Shown here: positions 28,001 through 42,234 of the stretch, in pieces
Layout of the letters: every line of letters starts with the position of its first letter
Position numbering within the stretch: the stretch's first letter is position 1
Origin: Callorhinchus milii
Taxonomy: Eukaryota
DNA: 64,000 bases
Reading direction: 5' to 3'
Assembly (NCBI RefSeq): GCF_018977255.1
Contig: NW_024704742.1
Span: forward strand, 110,672,001-110,736,000
Translations under genes and position numbers: made by a program
The notes under the pieces: generated by a model
What the model was told of the DNA's origin: nothing
Database searches by the model: none
The model's input: only the letters and a program-made list of their open reading frames with translations

Positions 28001-31000
28001 AAAAAGACTCCATCAAAGCTCGTACTCCAGCAAAATAGTTCTCCCATCACTGCAACTAAACTAACTAACCCCATTGTTTTGACTCTTATCTGGCTTGGTA
28101 AATTCTTCTAAATATTTATAATTTGTTATGAGTAAAGACATTTTTCCTGATATCATTTCTAAAGTTACTTGTCATTAATTTCCATTAATATCCTCTGGTC
28201 CTATTTTCTTGACTTACTTTGAACTAATAGTCTGGGTTTAGTTTATCTATAGCATTAAATATTTTGATACACTTTGATGAGGCGTCCCTTTAATCACTTT
28301 CCTTCCAGGTTCTAAAGCTTAAGTTTCTTTAATCTTTCTTCACGGCTCATACCCTTTACAATTGGGATCAGTCTTGTTGCTCTTTGCTGTACTTTTCAAA
28401 ACCAACTATATATTTTTTCTGGCATGGTAATCAAACTGAAAGTATGAACTAACCAGTGATTAGCAACGCCATAGCATTACTTCTGTAGGATTACATTCTA
28501 CTATAAAGTCAGTGGCTATATATCCTAGCTGTAGTGACTGTACATCCTAGAATTCTATGAACTATTTTAATTACTTCAGTAGGATTTAAAATGTGCTCCC
28601 TGGAAAACCTGCAATGAAATGAAACCTCTCACTAGATAAAGTACCTTGAAACATTAAGTGCATCTTCAAAGAAATATAACAGTGCTGGTGAAAAATTGGC
28701 TTTAATGTGATCATGGGTTCAATTCAAAGTTTCCGAGGTCAAACTAATGTACCCAGGATTCCCCAGACTCAAGTGTTTTTCAGAGAAAGTAAAATGAAAG
28801 TGAAATGTTTAATCTTACATCCAAGCTACTTCCCATCTATCTACCTAGTTCTGAAGATTTCTCGTTTCAACCTGTGACTCTTTCCCTCGCTCTGTTTTTC
28901 TTGGCCTTGTGGTGCTTCTTCACATGTTTCTCCCTCTTCCTTGTTTGTTCTGTTAGCAACAGACCAGTAAGTAGCATTTTTTCATTCTGTATATTGTGGT
29001 TTCAGCATGCTACCGGATGTTCCCATATTGCTCAGTATGGTTAAACTGCTACTGTATTGTTCCATGAGTTTGCAGTGCAAAATGTAACCTATCTCACTTG
29101 AAAAGATTTTCCACAATCTTTAGATAATGTACTTTTCAACAGGTCACTTAGTCCTGCTGGTGAGATTGCTGTTAAAAACAGGCCTTAAAAACAATCTGGA
29201 ATTAATTTATCATGTGTGGTCAGTTTCTGATGAGTGCCTGTTATGAGCATGTGATCTGAAATGCGTATCGTTTGGAAGTGAAGTACACCTACAGCTGAAG
29301 GTCATTTAGCTGCCCTTTGATAAGAATATGTGAAATTGATTCATACTTTTTAAAACCAGCACATAAAGCTGATGCGTTGTGCCCCTATCCTTCCTATTCC
29401 CTTCCCCTGCACACATCTATTCCCTTCTCCTTCATGTCACTTCAGTCCAATCAAGTTTTCTCTTAAATACATTGAAGCTGTTTTCGTCCAACACAGACTC
29501 GCAGAGATTTATGGCAGTGATCTATCAAATCGAATGACAAAATACAATCAAGGGCCCCACTAAGTCAAATGAGAATATGCTGCCTCGTACATTGTGGTGA
29601 TTATTTATTGCACACCATTTTTATATTTTTACTATTTTTTCTTTCATTAAATAGTTTCACAGTCTTCCCACAATGGATGTAACACACAGGGAGAAGTAGT
29701 CAATGAAGTAGGAGCAAGTTGGGAATGAGAGTTCAAATTCAGTCAATTAAAAGATTTATTCATTGATTCTGAATTCCATTATAATTACAGAACACAAAAC
29801 TTGCCTAACATACTGCGGTAGCTTTGACCTCCTGTTATTTGCTCTAATCTCTCTTCTGCTAAATGAAATGTCTTGACTCATGCAACTAGGCCAATTCTGG
29901 TTCAAACTAACAGCTGGATTTTCTGATTGGCTCTGAGGTGCAGTTTCAGCCCTCTGCACCTTACCCTAGTGACCATTCTTTACATGTCAATCTGAATAGT
30001 GAGTGTTGGCAGGCTGTTCAACTCTACAAGGCAGCCCAGCTGAGCTCAATGCTGTTCGCACCCAACATTCACAGCTTTGCAGTTCCAGCAGCTGTCACTG
30101 GAAAATGCTCTGGGCTGGTTTGCACTCTTACCCCATCATCCGAGAACCATTGGCCCGAAATTCCACTTAGTCCTAGCCTGCAAGTCCATTTTTGATTTTC
30201 TCCAGTTCTTGAAAATAACCAGCATTGAAGTTAAGACTGAATTGAAGAATTTTCTGCCTGAATTATATAGAAAATTGACTCACAGACGATGACAAGGTGG
30301 ATTTTTGAGCGCAATAGAGATATTGAAATAAATTCCCATAGATCAGAGTGTTGGACCCCTGGTCATTCCTAGGTGACCAAAAGTCCATCATTCTGACCTG
30401 TGAGAATTCATCTCTTCAGTGGACATCCTTTTGGGGCAAAGATCCCATAGCTTCATATGATTCAATTCTGGTTCCTGGCAGGAACCACTATTTGCAGCAC
30501 AAATTTGCTATTCACAACTATATATTTTACAGCCCAATAAAATCAGTGTTAGCATTCTCACCATGTGACCCAGCAGAAGCTAACTTAGTATCTGCTGGAA
30601 ATTTCTTTATATACTGAATCATAACAGGAATTGTAGCTGTTTGGAACTAAAAGCTGCTCTTAAAAGTTTGACCAAGGCCAAAGTTACAACAGTAACATGT
30701 GTTACTTAAGTGGAAGAAACTACAGGTATTACCTGCCTCATTTCACGAGTCCACCTTTTTCCACGTGTCTTATCATAATAGCACTAAATCCACTTTTAGA
30801 GATAATCACACCCAAACACAGCCGTGCAAAGCCATGGAGCTTAATGGGGCAAAACACAGGAGGAAACGGTAAAGAAAGGGCTTGTAGTTTCTGCAAACAA
30901 TCCAAATACGTACAAAAAGATGTATATTGCTCGAGTCCTTCTATGCAGTTTAGTTGAAATGCTCATTTGTTTGATTGATTAAATGGCATTACATAGGCAA

Positions 31001-32892
31001 CAATATTGCACAATAAACAAAGGGCAGTGGATCTTGACTGAGTAAAATGCAGAAACATGACCTGCAAATGAATTATTAATTATGCATATGCACTCATTTA
31101 TTACAGCTGCACAATAATATTTGTGAAACTAGAACCGCAAATTCCTTAGCATACAATGCACTTGACATTGAACTGCTGACTGTCAGATTAACTCATTTAT
31201 CCTGGGTGCCTTTCACAGTATCCTCCTGAATGCACAACATTGCTCATGGGATGCAGCTCCCTTTTTATAAGCAGAACAATGTGCAGGCTGAGTTTCCAAA
31301 AGTTTTTTTTAAAAAACACATTGTGTTCTTTGCCAAAATGGCTTCCCTCATGTCAAAAGCCATTCACGTGTAAAAACTTTACAACTTCTTGCCTGATAAA
31401 TGACTGAGAAACTTTGACAGATCAGAATGACACAGTGCAGTCTCAAACATGTGGTATGATGCACTTCTGGCATACAGAGACTGCCTGTCAAATGCCTATG
31501 ACTCCATACTGCAGCTAGGGACCCTATAGAGCAGCAGATGGGCCATTAAGGTAGTATTAATGTAGATGCCATCAGTTTTCAGTTCTGACTGGGACATGCT
31601 CTTTAGAACTCCAAGCAGCTGCTGCCATTTACTGTGACAGCTACCTGCTAACTTTTGCCAACTGGCATTCTCCGTTACACTCTGTACCTGAGCTATTAAC
31701 TGTTTGATTTCCACAGTCTGTAATCTCATAACTACAAAAACAGCAAAGCCTTTTACTTGTGTTAATTGTTTTTAAAACCCTGTATTTTACTACAAAGCCA
31801 ACACCAATGGCCAAGTACCAATCATAATGTTTATTCCAAAATGTACAATTCTGTAGTCAATGGAAGCTATTGTAGTCAAGTTGGCATCTACAATGCCAAC
31901 AACAAGGATTTATATAGCACTCTTCACGCGGGGCAGTGTCTAGGAGCATTTAAAGCTAAAATTGTATTTATTTTCTAAGATTCCAGGTCTAAAGAATACA
32001 CAGCAGCCAGTAGCAAACTTTCCATTTAATTTACCGAATGGTGAAATCCTAATAAATCAGGACTGACAAAGACAAGAGTTATAAAGTTCTTCCCCACAAG
32101 TAAAATTAAATGGATGTGGTGTTCTTCACTGTGTATTCTGTCCATATCGCAGGGAACATTTTAGATACATAAATCAATTTAATGTTAGCAACAACAACAA
32201 AATTACATTTGTTAAATGTTTCATAAGGAAGCTGCTGCAACAACTGATCTGTTACTGTGATATTATCAACAGAGGACACCAGGAGGTGATTCTGTTCACT
32301 GCATTGTTCACAATGGGAAAATCCCACTCTCAGAGCACGCCACCCAAGATGGGTAAGTATCCAGACAAGCGTGTTCACAAAGGTCAGCAAGTTGAAGACA
32401 AACTGGGAAACACCCCTTAGATTGATTGTCATCAGTAAATTAAAACTTGACCAATTCAAATCTTTAGGTGACATCACAAACCACTATCCACTAGAGACCC
32501 TCACAATGACAGAAGACTCGGGGACTGAGGTTAGTTGCTTCATGGCAATGAATCATATTACATTATAAATGTTGAGGTGAAAATGCTGCTCAACTTAAGT
32601 GTAGATAGAAGTTAATTGCACACAATGCAATTCATTCATTTTGCTTATACTACAAAGGATGTTCGTTTTAGATCTCTTTTCAGATCTTGCTGATTATATC
32701 AGCTTCTATCCAACATTTCTTTTTTAACATTTTTAATGTAGGAAAAACTAGCCATTGTATGCTTGACGGGCTAAATGGCCTCCTTCTGTGCTGTAGATTT
32801 CTATGTTTCTAATTACAAAATGTCATCCTTCTCCCCTTTTTTATGTGGATCTTCTCATGGTCAATAAACAGAGAGTTCATAAAACAGGTACA

Positions 32893-33825
32893 ATAACAAC
32901 AACAAATTACGCTTGTATAGCGCCCTTCACGTCGGAAAGACTTCCCAGGGCGCTGGACAATCAGGGGTTTGGGGGCAGAGGAGGGGTCTGGAAGGTGGCC
33001 AAAGGCACGATTGAAGAGGAAGGTTTTCAGATGGGACGTGAAGGAGGCAAGAAACGGGGTGAATCAGAGGGATTGTGGAATAGAGTTCCAATGAGTGGGG
33101 GCAGAGATGCTGAATGCCTGACTGCCAGTGGTGGGGTGGAAAGTGCGGAGACCTGAAGGAGGCCGGTGTCTACTGAGTGGAGGGAGCGGACAGGCTGATA
33201 TGGTTATGGGGTCAGAGGTCAGAGAGATAGGGGGGAGCAACACAATGGATGGCCTTGAAGGTAAGCACAAGAGTTTTGTACTCGATTCTCTGAGGTATGG
33301 GGAGCTAGTAAAGCCAGGAAAAAATGGCAGTGATAGGTTCCGAGAGCCTCATGCAGGAGAGGACATGAACTGCAGTGTTCTGAATAATCTGCAGTTTGTG
33401 GAGGGAAGCGTTGGGAAGTCCAGTGAGTAGGTAGTTGGCATAGTCAAGCCAGGATATAATGAAAGTGTGGATCAGAGTCTCGGTGGCCTGAGGTGAGAGG
33501 CAGTGGCGGAGGCGGGAAATGTTGCAGATGTGTAGAAAGGCCGAATGGGTCATGGCACGAATGTAAGGTTTGAAGGATAGCTGAGGGTTGAAAAGGACAC
33601 CGAGGTTTTGGATTCGCTAGGTGAGGTGAAGAGTGTAGCCATGAATGGTGATAGTGTCAGTGGCTAAGGTGAGGAGGCGCTGCCTGGAGCCAAGCAGAAG
33701 GGCCTCTGTCTTGTCAACATTAAGCTGGAGGAAGTGATGTCGGCCAGGACTTGATGTCAGACAGACAATTAGCCAGGACATCAACTGTCTGGAGTTGAAG
33801 GTGGAGGCAGCGAGATGGAGGCGGT
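32893..33825 (-). mobile_element. L2 LINE 3' fragment
   Basis: Frameshifted ORF2 pieces (ATETLIHTFIISWLDYANYLL...) and an L2 tail. Confidence 0.9.
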
Positions 33826-33879
33826 AACTATATTAATACTCATATAGTCATGGATCTCAATTAGTAGTTCACACAGAGC

Positions 33880-34160
33880 TGGTGGTATGCTGTATTGTCG
33901 GAGGTGCGCCCTCTGGATGAGACAGTAAAACAAAGTCCTGTCTGTTTGTTCAGGTGGGTGTTAAAGATTCATGGCACTATTCGGAAAGAGAAGTGAGTTT
34001 CTCCCAGGTCCTGGCCAACAATCCCCCAAAATAAAATCTCTTTATTGTTTGAGCACCATTTGCCTACTGCGTTTGCTACAAAATGCACAGTCACTGCAGT
34101 ATACTCTGTGAAGAACTTTGAGATATTCTTCCAACTTAAAAAGTGCTATTTCAAATATGA
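33880..34160 (+). mobile_element. Deu-domain SINE fragment
   Basis: ggatgagacagtaaaac...ttcaggtgggtgttaaagattcatggcactattcg...gtcctggccaacaatccc. Confidence 0.75.
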
Positions 34161-34399
34161 TTCTTCTGTAACCAGCTACTGAGATGTTACTGCAGCCAAG
34201 TGTGTGAGATCAGTTGAGGATAACTGGTAGTCCCTCATTCAGCACAGATGTGCCTCACTTCTGTTCAATGCCTATTCCTAATGATAGGGCTGTGACTGGA
34301 AGCTTCCCAATTGAGAAATTATTCACACAAAATTGTTGGCCACAACTTCTTAACTCTTCAGAAACACAAAGTGGTTATTTTTCAGAGCAGCATACAAAT

Positions 34400-34602
34400 G
34401 GAGTCCTATAGCTCAGTGGTTAGAGCACTTGCCTTGCGAGCGAGAGACCTAGATTTGATTCCCAGCAGGGCAAAACCTTGGGCAAGTTTCCTTACTCCAC
34501 ATCCCCGATAATAATCCCTCAAGAAAAAAATCGCCCCAAAAATTATAAATTGGTCACTTCAATTCACGACTGTTTGTGGGAAACTGCTGCGCGCAATTGG
34601 CA
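34400..34602 (+). mobile_element. tRNA-derived SINE, 3'-truncated (short-body variant)
   Basis: ggagtcctatagctcagtggttagagcac head and body; no tail present. Confidence 0.85.
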
Positions 34603-35795
34603 AGTGAGAAATATAAGGAGCTTGGATTTATGCTTAACCTGACTTCTGGTTTGGAAACAAATTAAAAATGCTGTTGTTAGCGTATGGATCATCCTGTAAA
34701 CACAATACAATTTACAATTATATAGCACCTTGCACATGGGGAGGACGTCCGAAAACTATAAAGCAGCATTGAAAGGCCTCAATCTGGATCCACAATCTCA
34801 ACCTAAGCCACTAAAAGTCTTCAAGTAGCGGGCCAGCTCTGTATTTGGAATCTGCTGATGACGTCATACTGACATCTCATTGCGGCCATCTTTATGGTAA
34901 TAATGTTTGCATTTGGTATAGGGCCTTTTATGTCAGGAGGACGTCTCAAAACACTTCACAGTATTGATTTTGAAGTGGAATGACTGTATTTGTAGATGAA
35001 CATTGCAGTCCATTTGTGCACAGCAATGTCCCACAAACAGCCATTGAAGTGAATGGCCAATATCAGTCAGTAGCAGGAACAGTGTAACTGATCTCTGATG
35101 TGTGTTGGAATTACAATTGCTTTTACTGAAGGTTTAAAAAGAATAAATCTGGCGACGATTATTAGGCAACTTGTTACATATCATCTGATAGGTACACTGA
35201 TATTGATTCACTGACAGAGGAAGACATAATAGCTAATCTCTGATAATCATAAAACTATGCCCGACAAGTGTAATAATTGGGTATGCTGATTTTATGTCAT
35301 ATCTACTTGTAAAGGTAAAAACTATCAATATAATATTTCAAATATTTTGATCCAGAATCTATAATTCACTGGAGGGCATATTAACATATTCTTTGATAAT
35401 GGCTGATGTCCAACCAAGCTGAGTTCAGTGGGTATGACATGTTGCATTGACCTATTGCCCTGCAATTAATACATTCAAAATAAATGATCACAATGCACAA
35501 ACACACACAAATTACTCCACTACTGCAAATTATAGATGGTGAAGATAAGTGCTTCAGATTGATCCTGTGAGCCAATACCTACTTCAAGAGAGACAGATGT
35601 AAGTCAACCTTTTCATAGAAGAACTTTTTCATAGATCAAAAAGAAGTCAAGTATTTGGTAGCATGAAAACATACAAATCCTTTTTTGATATAGAATATTG
35701 GAAATAAATTGCTGTAAAAATCAATATTGTTTCTAGATGAAGAGATCGCTAGACAAAGGCCAAAATGTGCTTCAGTAAAATGTAGAACAAGCAAA

Positions 35796-36114
35796 AATAA
35801 TAATAATAATATTCCTTGCATTTGATATAGCGCTTTTCACGTCGGGAGGACGTCCCAAAGCGCTTCACAGAACACACTGTAAAGTGAATTGACTGTATAT
35901 TTGTGGGCGAACGCGGCAGCCAATTGCGCACAGCAATGTCCCACAAACAGTCGTAGATTGAAAATGACCAATTTATTTATTGTTTTTGGTTTTGGAGGGA
36001 TTATTATTAGGCATGTGGAGTAAGGAAACTTGCCCAAGGTTTCGCCCTGCCTGGAATTGAACTCAGGTCTCTCGCTTGCAAAGCGAGTGCTCTAACCAAT
36101 GAGCTACAGTACTC
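35796..36114 (-). mobile_element. Young tRNA-Ala-derived SINE, full length (short-body variant)
   Basis: Same head, body and (TTA)n tail as 62389-62710. Confidence 0.92.
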
Positions 36115-36624
36115 ACGTCCTGAAACATATTGAAACATATTGAGGTGGAATGAGGGATGCGTCATAGACGGAGATACTCAATTCTTCTGCCCACAAGTAG
36201 TTCAGAGTTGTAAAGAAAATATATAGGACTAAAAATAGGAAGCAAGTCCTAAGAATTTAGATTGACACCCTGGCATCTCTATTCAATTACTTTTAAAAAA
36301 TTGGGAAATCCATAATGAGCCATACGGCTCTTTGGAAGGAATGGCCTCAATGGTATTACTCATTCACGTAATGACACAATGCACGTAAAAGGCAGGTGAC
36401 TGAAATAAGTAAGTAATATTGGACTTGAAACATACCATCACCTTTATTAACACAAAATTACACTGGCAAACAATAATCAAGAACCCCAACTCTCATTAGT
36501 TAAGAATAGCCTGCCTCTGAAGGCAAAATCAGCTTTGACACAGGCAATTCACAGGGAGCAGGAAACTTGTTTTGGGCCAGTAGCCTCTCCATGCATGCCC
36601 TCTCTCTTGCCTTTTTTGCNTTTT

Positions 36625-37620
36625 TTTGGTCAGCCAGGTGTCTGACACAAGCGGAAACCTATCATCATGCTTAGGAGTATCCAAACTACCTCTACATGGA
36701 AATCCCAGAAACAGAATATTGGAATGGCATGTGCACTCTTTCCTTGGAGGGATGGCATCCTGCTTACTTAATTCCAGAAAGTACTAGGCACAGATTGGCA
36801 AGAGCCAAGCCTTGTGGGCCCCAGAGTGGGCGTTGAGGTACTGCTGGAATCTAACCAGCTAAATCCGCATAGCTTGCCATTGAAATTGCTGGCCAGCAAG
36901 CTTTCCCACTGCTTGTCCAGCTAGGACCACCCTACTTGTTAGGGCTTTGGCTTGCAGGGTTAACAGGAGTTGCAGGGGTGACTCCCTGCCCCCAATGACT
37001 GGTCTGCACTTACAGATCCTGCTGATATGCTGTCATCAGTAGAGCCCTCAAATACTGTGGACCTGCCTGGCTAAGGAACCAGACTAGAGACTGCCACAGA
37101 GGGCTGGCTTGATTCCGAAATTCCATTGCCAGGCATATCACCTTGGTGCCAGTTCAGCACCAAGGAGATCCCACTTACCTCCCTCCCAAGTAGGATAGTC
37201 ACTAGTTGGTTGTTCAACATCAAACAAGCGTGAGTTTGAGCCCTCACTAGATGAATGGTAGGTACAAGGAACTCCCTGCTAGCATTCCAGTGATCAACAC
37301 ATCTCAGCATGAATTGGGTGAGAGCATTGCCACCGTCATACTGTCCACAGCTCGGGCACACATTCCTCCCCATTGAGCGATCTTTCCACCAATTGGAGGT
37401 ACAAAGTTTAAGCAACAGCTGCTTGCCTCTCTGCAGGCCAATCAAAGTGGATTCCAGGCGATGGACGTACGAATGATTGTTCACAAACTTGGACTCCAGA
37501 TAACGCCTTCCAGCAGCTATCTCCCCAAGCTTCAGAGTTTCCTCATCAGCTTACTGGCTTCAGCATGGTGGGTGGACCTTTATAGGACAGCTTGTGTGAT
37601 GTGACAGCCACCTTGATGCT
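36625..37620 (-). mobile_element. Unassigned old repeat; longest copy, with a decayed LINE-like zinc-knuckle ORF
   Basis: ORF 37071-37484 contains RGKQLLLKL...CPSCGQYDGGNALTQFMLRC. The 3' part aligns to 20820-21750, 19330-19520 and 645-980. Confidence 0.6.
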
Positions 37621-40199
37621 CTTAAGGTCTCTGCTCCATATACAGATAACAGTGTAACCTGAGGCTGTCTATCTCTGTGACGTGCTTCTGAATTACTCGT
37701 CTCCAGTTTTTAGGGCTCTTGAACTGGATATTTGCACCAGTTTAAATAATATCTACGCCATGCTTCTCACCAACACATGCCCCACCTATTAATGCATGCA
37801 GAAATTAAAATTACATGCAGAACAAAAGCTTGGCCCCAAGGCAAGGTCAGGAGTGGATGTATAGCACAGTGCAGCACGAAATCAGCATAAACACAATTTG
37901 CACCAGTAAATCCCTATGAAAATGGGTTTCCCATGGTACAAATTCTGTTGCATTATATTGCCAAGAAAGAAAATAGGTCCAGTATTTATACAGTGTTTCT
38001 GCAAGGTATAGAGTTTTGTAAACAAAGTAAACATAATTCCTTATGGCATATCAGATAAGAAAATTTAGCCTCAGATGATTCAATCCCAGTGAGAATTTCC
38101 TTGCTTGTAATTACCAATATACCTACACGTAAGAAACTGAATTTGTAACTGAATTCCGCAAACTGAAATATCTATTAACCCTCTTGAGTATTAAATTATC
38201 TACTTCAAAATGCACAGGTGTTCTGATATGTAATGTCCGCAAAGCATATTTTCCTCACATTTCTCTTACGTAATGCTGCACAGAGAATTGGAGAAAGTGG
38301 AAAGCATTTTCTATTTGAAACACTATACTTTGATTATATGTATGGAGAGGATATATTTTACAAAATGCTTGCTACATGCAATGATTCTGGTAACAACTTA
38401 AATAGTGCTGTTCAAATAATTGATCTGTTAGACATGGTTCTTGTGAAATTTCTGTGTAATGCTCGATTCGTAATAATTCTATAAGTAGGTTGCAGAAATA
38501 GAACAGATAGATGCAGCGTAACAAACATTCTCACATTGCACATGAACAGGCATGGAACACAAGATTGCTAAAGAAATATAGATGAGAAATTCAGCATTGC
38601 AGCAGTGGATTATGGATTAAAGATTATTGAATACTGATGGAGAAAGCTGTGTAAAAATACAATGCCTTGTGCAGGCTTTTAAACTTTATTTTTTACCTTC
38701 TCGATGCAAACCCAGTGAGCAATGAATGTTTGAAGTAAGAGTAGCATGAACAGTAGGTGAACGCTCATCAGCTCTGCACACACTTACCTTTCAATGCCTC
38801 AGTTGGCCTGAATATTTATCCAGCATGAATGATAAACCTTGCCTCCTATACCCACTTTGGTCAAGCTTGTGAGATAATTATTTCCATTTTCTTATCTATT
38901 ATCTGAAGGTTTTGCATATCGAAAAGGCTTGCAGTACCAAAACCGTATCCTAATGTACATTATCATAATTGTTGCTTGCTACAAACTGTACAGACTTGCT
39001 GTACATGAGAACATTTATCTAATTCAGACAGACTATAGTGGTTGGATTACAACATCCTAGGTTTCACCAGCTAACAGAATTAATAGTCAATCCCATTATA
39101 AATGTCATCTAGCAAAAATCAGCTCGTCAATTTGAAGATGATTGTTACAATAGTCTATGATGTGGAACCACTGGGCAGCTCTAAACGTTATGTAATGCAA
39201 GCTAATCTGAGCTAATTACATCAAAACTAAACAAAGGAAACGACAGAGCATTTCAAAAGGAATCGCTGAATTAGAAAATATCACATTTAAAAAAAACTCT
39301 TATACTGGTTATTTAATTTGTAAAATTATGAATCAAATCTGTTTTTCCAGAAGAAAGTTGTGCTTTTTTTATTAAAAAAGGAATATACATTTTGCGTTGT
39401 ACTACAAACCTATGGTGTTTGACAATATCAGCAAAACACTTGGGAGACTTCTCAATAAATGCATAAAATGAAATCATTCCTTTCACAGATTAGAGTTTGT
39501 ACTGAAAGAGAGTTTGCTTCCAGGCTGAATATTACATTTGATTTCCAAATGTAATCCAACCCAACTGTGGAATGTTCTTCAACACGCTGGCTGCTGTTAA
39601 TTTGTGACCTTAATCTTGTCAATCCTCACTCAGGTGCCACTTTGTGTAGCCCTATTTACACAGCAGCATGAGACAGTGTTTTATCACTTAACAACCTGGC
39701 TTTGCTCCCAATTTATGCACACAGCATATAATTGACCGGGGTCACAAAGTGTATTCTACCTGCCTCAGGCCATCCTTACATTTAGCTCATGAGTGTCACT
39801 GTTACAAGATATACCAATGGCATAAGAGGAATAAATTAACAGATTTTGGCAAATATGCAATAATACACTTGAACAAAAAAAATTAGAATACAGTACCTGA
39901 GAATGACGGAGCTCATCTTAGTGTATTACATGACAGTACACAATCCTTGTGGTTCTGGGCCAAATGCAAATTATCCATTTATAATGAATAATACTATGCC
40001 CTTTGGGAGACAAGCAGAATTATTTATACTTCTCAACATGCTGATATCTATTATTTGTGTCTGTGGTGATCATATGGGGGAGGGGAGGGAGGGAGAAGTG
40101 TATTTCATGATTTGAGCCTATCTACATATTGGGGCCCTATTCAATGGCAAGGATACACACACACACACATAAGCACACACACACATTCCATCTATTCCA

Positions 40200-40675
40200 A
40201 CTTCTCTACCTTTGTCCCTTTTCATTCAAAGCTGTCCCACCTGCATTTTCACCTCTACTGAACTCCATATATCCATCAGCCATGTCTTCATTAGGCTCCA
40301 TTGTTCCTCTGTTTCCCAGCAGATCTTTTTCAAGGTCCTCACTCTCACCTACACATCCATTCACAACCTGGCACCTCCTTTCTCTCTGAACTTCTCCTAC
40401 CGTACTCCTGCATTCAACATGCAACACATCCCTCGCCCTCTTTATGCCACTGTTGATAACCGAGCCTTTAGTTTCTGTATCTCTAACATCAGGAGCGCCC
40501 TCCCTCTGCCCATCAGGCTTGCTCCCTCTATCTGTCCCATCTCAAAATCTACCTCTTCAAATGTGTGCAACTATGTCCACCTCTACTTTGCTCTCTATGC
40601 AGCTCAGTCCTTGTAAGGCATTCCAAAACATTACTCTAATTGAAGGGCATTGCATAAATGCAAGTTGTTATTATT
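40200..40675 (+). mobile_element. Decayed L2 LINE 3' fragment
   Basis: IFFKVLTLTYTSIHNLAP...NRAFS; tail ataaatgcaagttgtta. Confidence 0.8.
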
Positions 40676-41939
40676 GAGCACCCATTTGACACAACAAATG
40701 CAAAGTGTTGACATAGAAACAGTGAAAAAAACTCTTCAAAGTAAATCATCCTTAAGTGAATGGGGTACAATCCATGATAGACTCTATCTAGTCTGTAAAG
40801 AGGGTGGGCTTCGTCGGCCAATTAGCCTTTCCTTGTTCCATACTAATTTATTTGTGCTGTCTCAGGAAACTCAGGATGGGTAGGCCGCTCGAGGAAAGAA
40901 ATCTGGATATTACTTATTTTTTTTCAGTAAATGCTCTCACGCACTCTACTGACACAAGAGGATTGCAGGCAGACTTTAACTTTCACCTACGAGGCTAGAG
41001 CTCAGAAGCTGTGCAACTTGTACTTGGACAGTACTTCAATCAAACAGAGCAAAATCCTTTTAAAAAACACACAGCCAAAACAAGCATACATCTGATGTAA
41101 TGGAAATCCCATACATAAGAAAAATTCAATGCTATTCATCCACGATAAACTTTTTTTTAAACAAGATGTCAAAGAAATGGTTAAAAATTGTGGATTCAAT
41201 GACAAATTCAATACTGTTGATCTAACTTTCTAAAACAAATGTTGTATTTCTACACAAGAATGAAGAAGCCTCAGAGTTGCCATTATGTTTTTGCACAATG
41301 CAACTCTCATTATTTATCAATGTGGATATTGTCAGAACCAACATGAATATTGATATGAATTTTAGAATGGGCTATTACAATTCAAAAACAACAACAACTT
41401 GCATTGATATAGCGCCCTTCACATGTGGTAGCTTCTCAGAGTGCTGGATTGAATTCAATTCAATGTTTTTAAAATGCAAAATTACAAAATATAAGCTATT
41501 ATTTAGTTGTGGAGCTAAATGTTTTATTTCATAAAATAAAATAAGTATTTTAGGTTTGTAACTAGTCAAAACTAGTTTCCCCAGACAAATGGATTTCACC
41601 TTTTTGAAGGTGACAACTGTTTTACATGATTTTAGATGAGAACCAAGGTGTCCCTTTTAAGTTGTACTTTAATTGATTGCTTTCATTAGCCTTTGGCAAT
41701 TATAGTCTAGTTCAACATCATATTGAGTATCTTCTGTTTAACATCTTCTCCCACTTGGTTCATAGCTCAGGAGTGTTTTGTTCTTCTGTCTTAACCATTT
41801 GGCCAAGGTTTTAGATAAAGCAAAGACTGGATCTGAAACCACTCCAACATAATCAGCACATTTTCAAATACACTGTCACATAACTAAAAATGGTCTTTTA
41901 ATTTCCTCTGGTTTTCATTCCTTTACCTTTGTTATGCAA

Positions 41940-42190
41940 CAATAATAATAATAACAATAACAATTCTTGCAATTGGCATAGCCTTTCACCTTTCATGTCG
42001 GATGAACATCTCAAAGTGCTTCATAGGATTTCGTTGTGAAGTGGGGTGGCAATGTCCCATAAATAGCTGGAAATGATTGACCAAGTTTTTTGGGGTGAAT
42101 TGTTCTCCAGAGCACCAGGGTGAACTCCTGCTCTTGTCGAGGAGTGCCATGGGATTTTTAAAATCCATCTTAGCGGGTAGACCTTGATTT
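41940..42190 (-). mobile_element. Deu-domain SINE fragment
   Basis: Reverse complement aaaaatcccatggcactcctcgacaagagcaggagttcaccctggtg, plus a (TTA)n tail. Confidence 0.7.
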
Positions 42191-42234
42191 AACTAAACCC
42201 CTTTGTGAGATTAATATAAAATAGTCACAAATAG

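Noticed and set aside
28845..28950. Purine-rich minus-strand open frame (TNKEEGETCEEAPQGQEKQSEG...) and a plus-strand 10-nt microexon-like signal
   Set aside because: Low-complexity sequence, weak splice support and no recognisable homology.
31688..31731. Minus-strand 44-nt exon candidate
   Set aside because: Weak donor (gtacag) and no protein motif.
38788..38902. Minus-strand exon-like segment with GKVY and SGQLRH resembling an RCC1 repeat
   Set aside because: There are stops in all three frames and the two motifs lie in different frames; I cannot distinguish it from chance.
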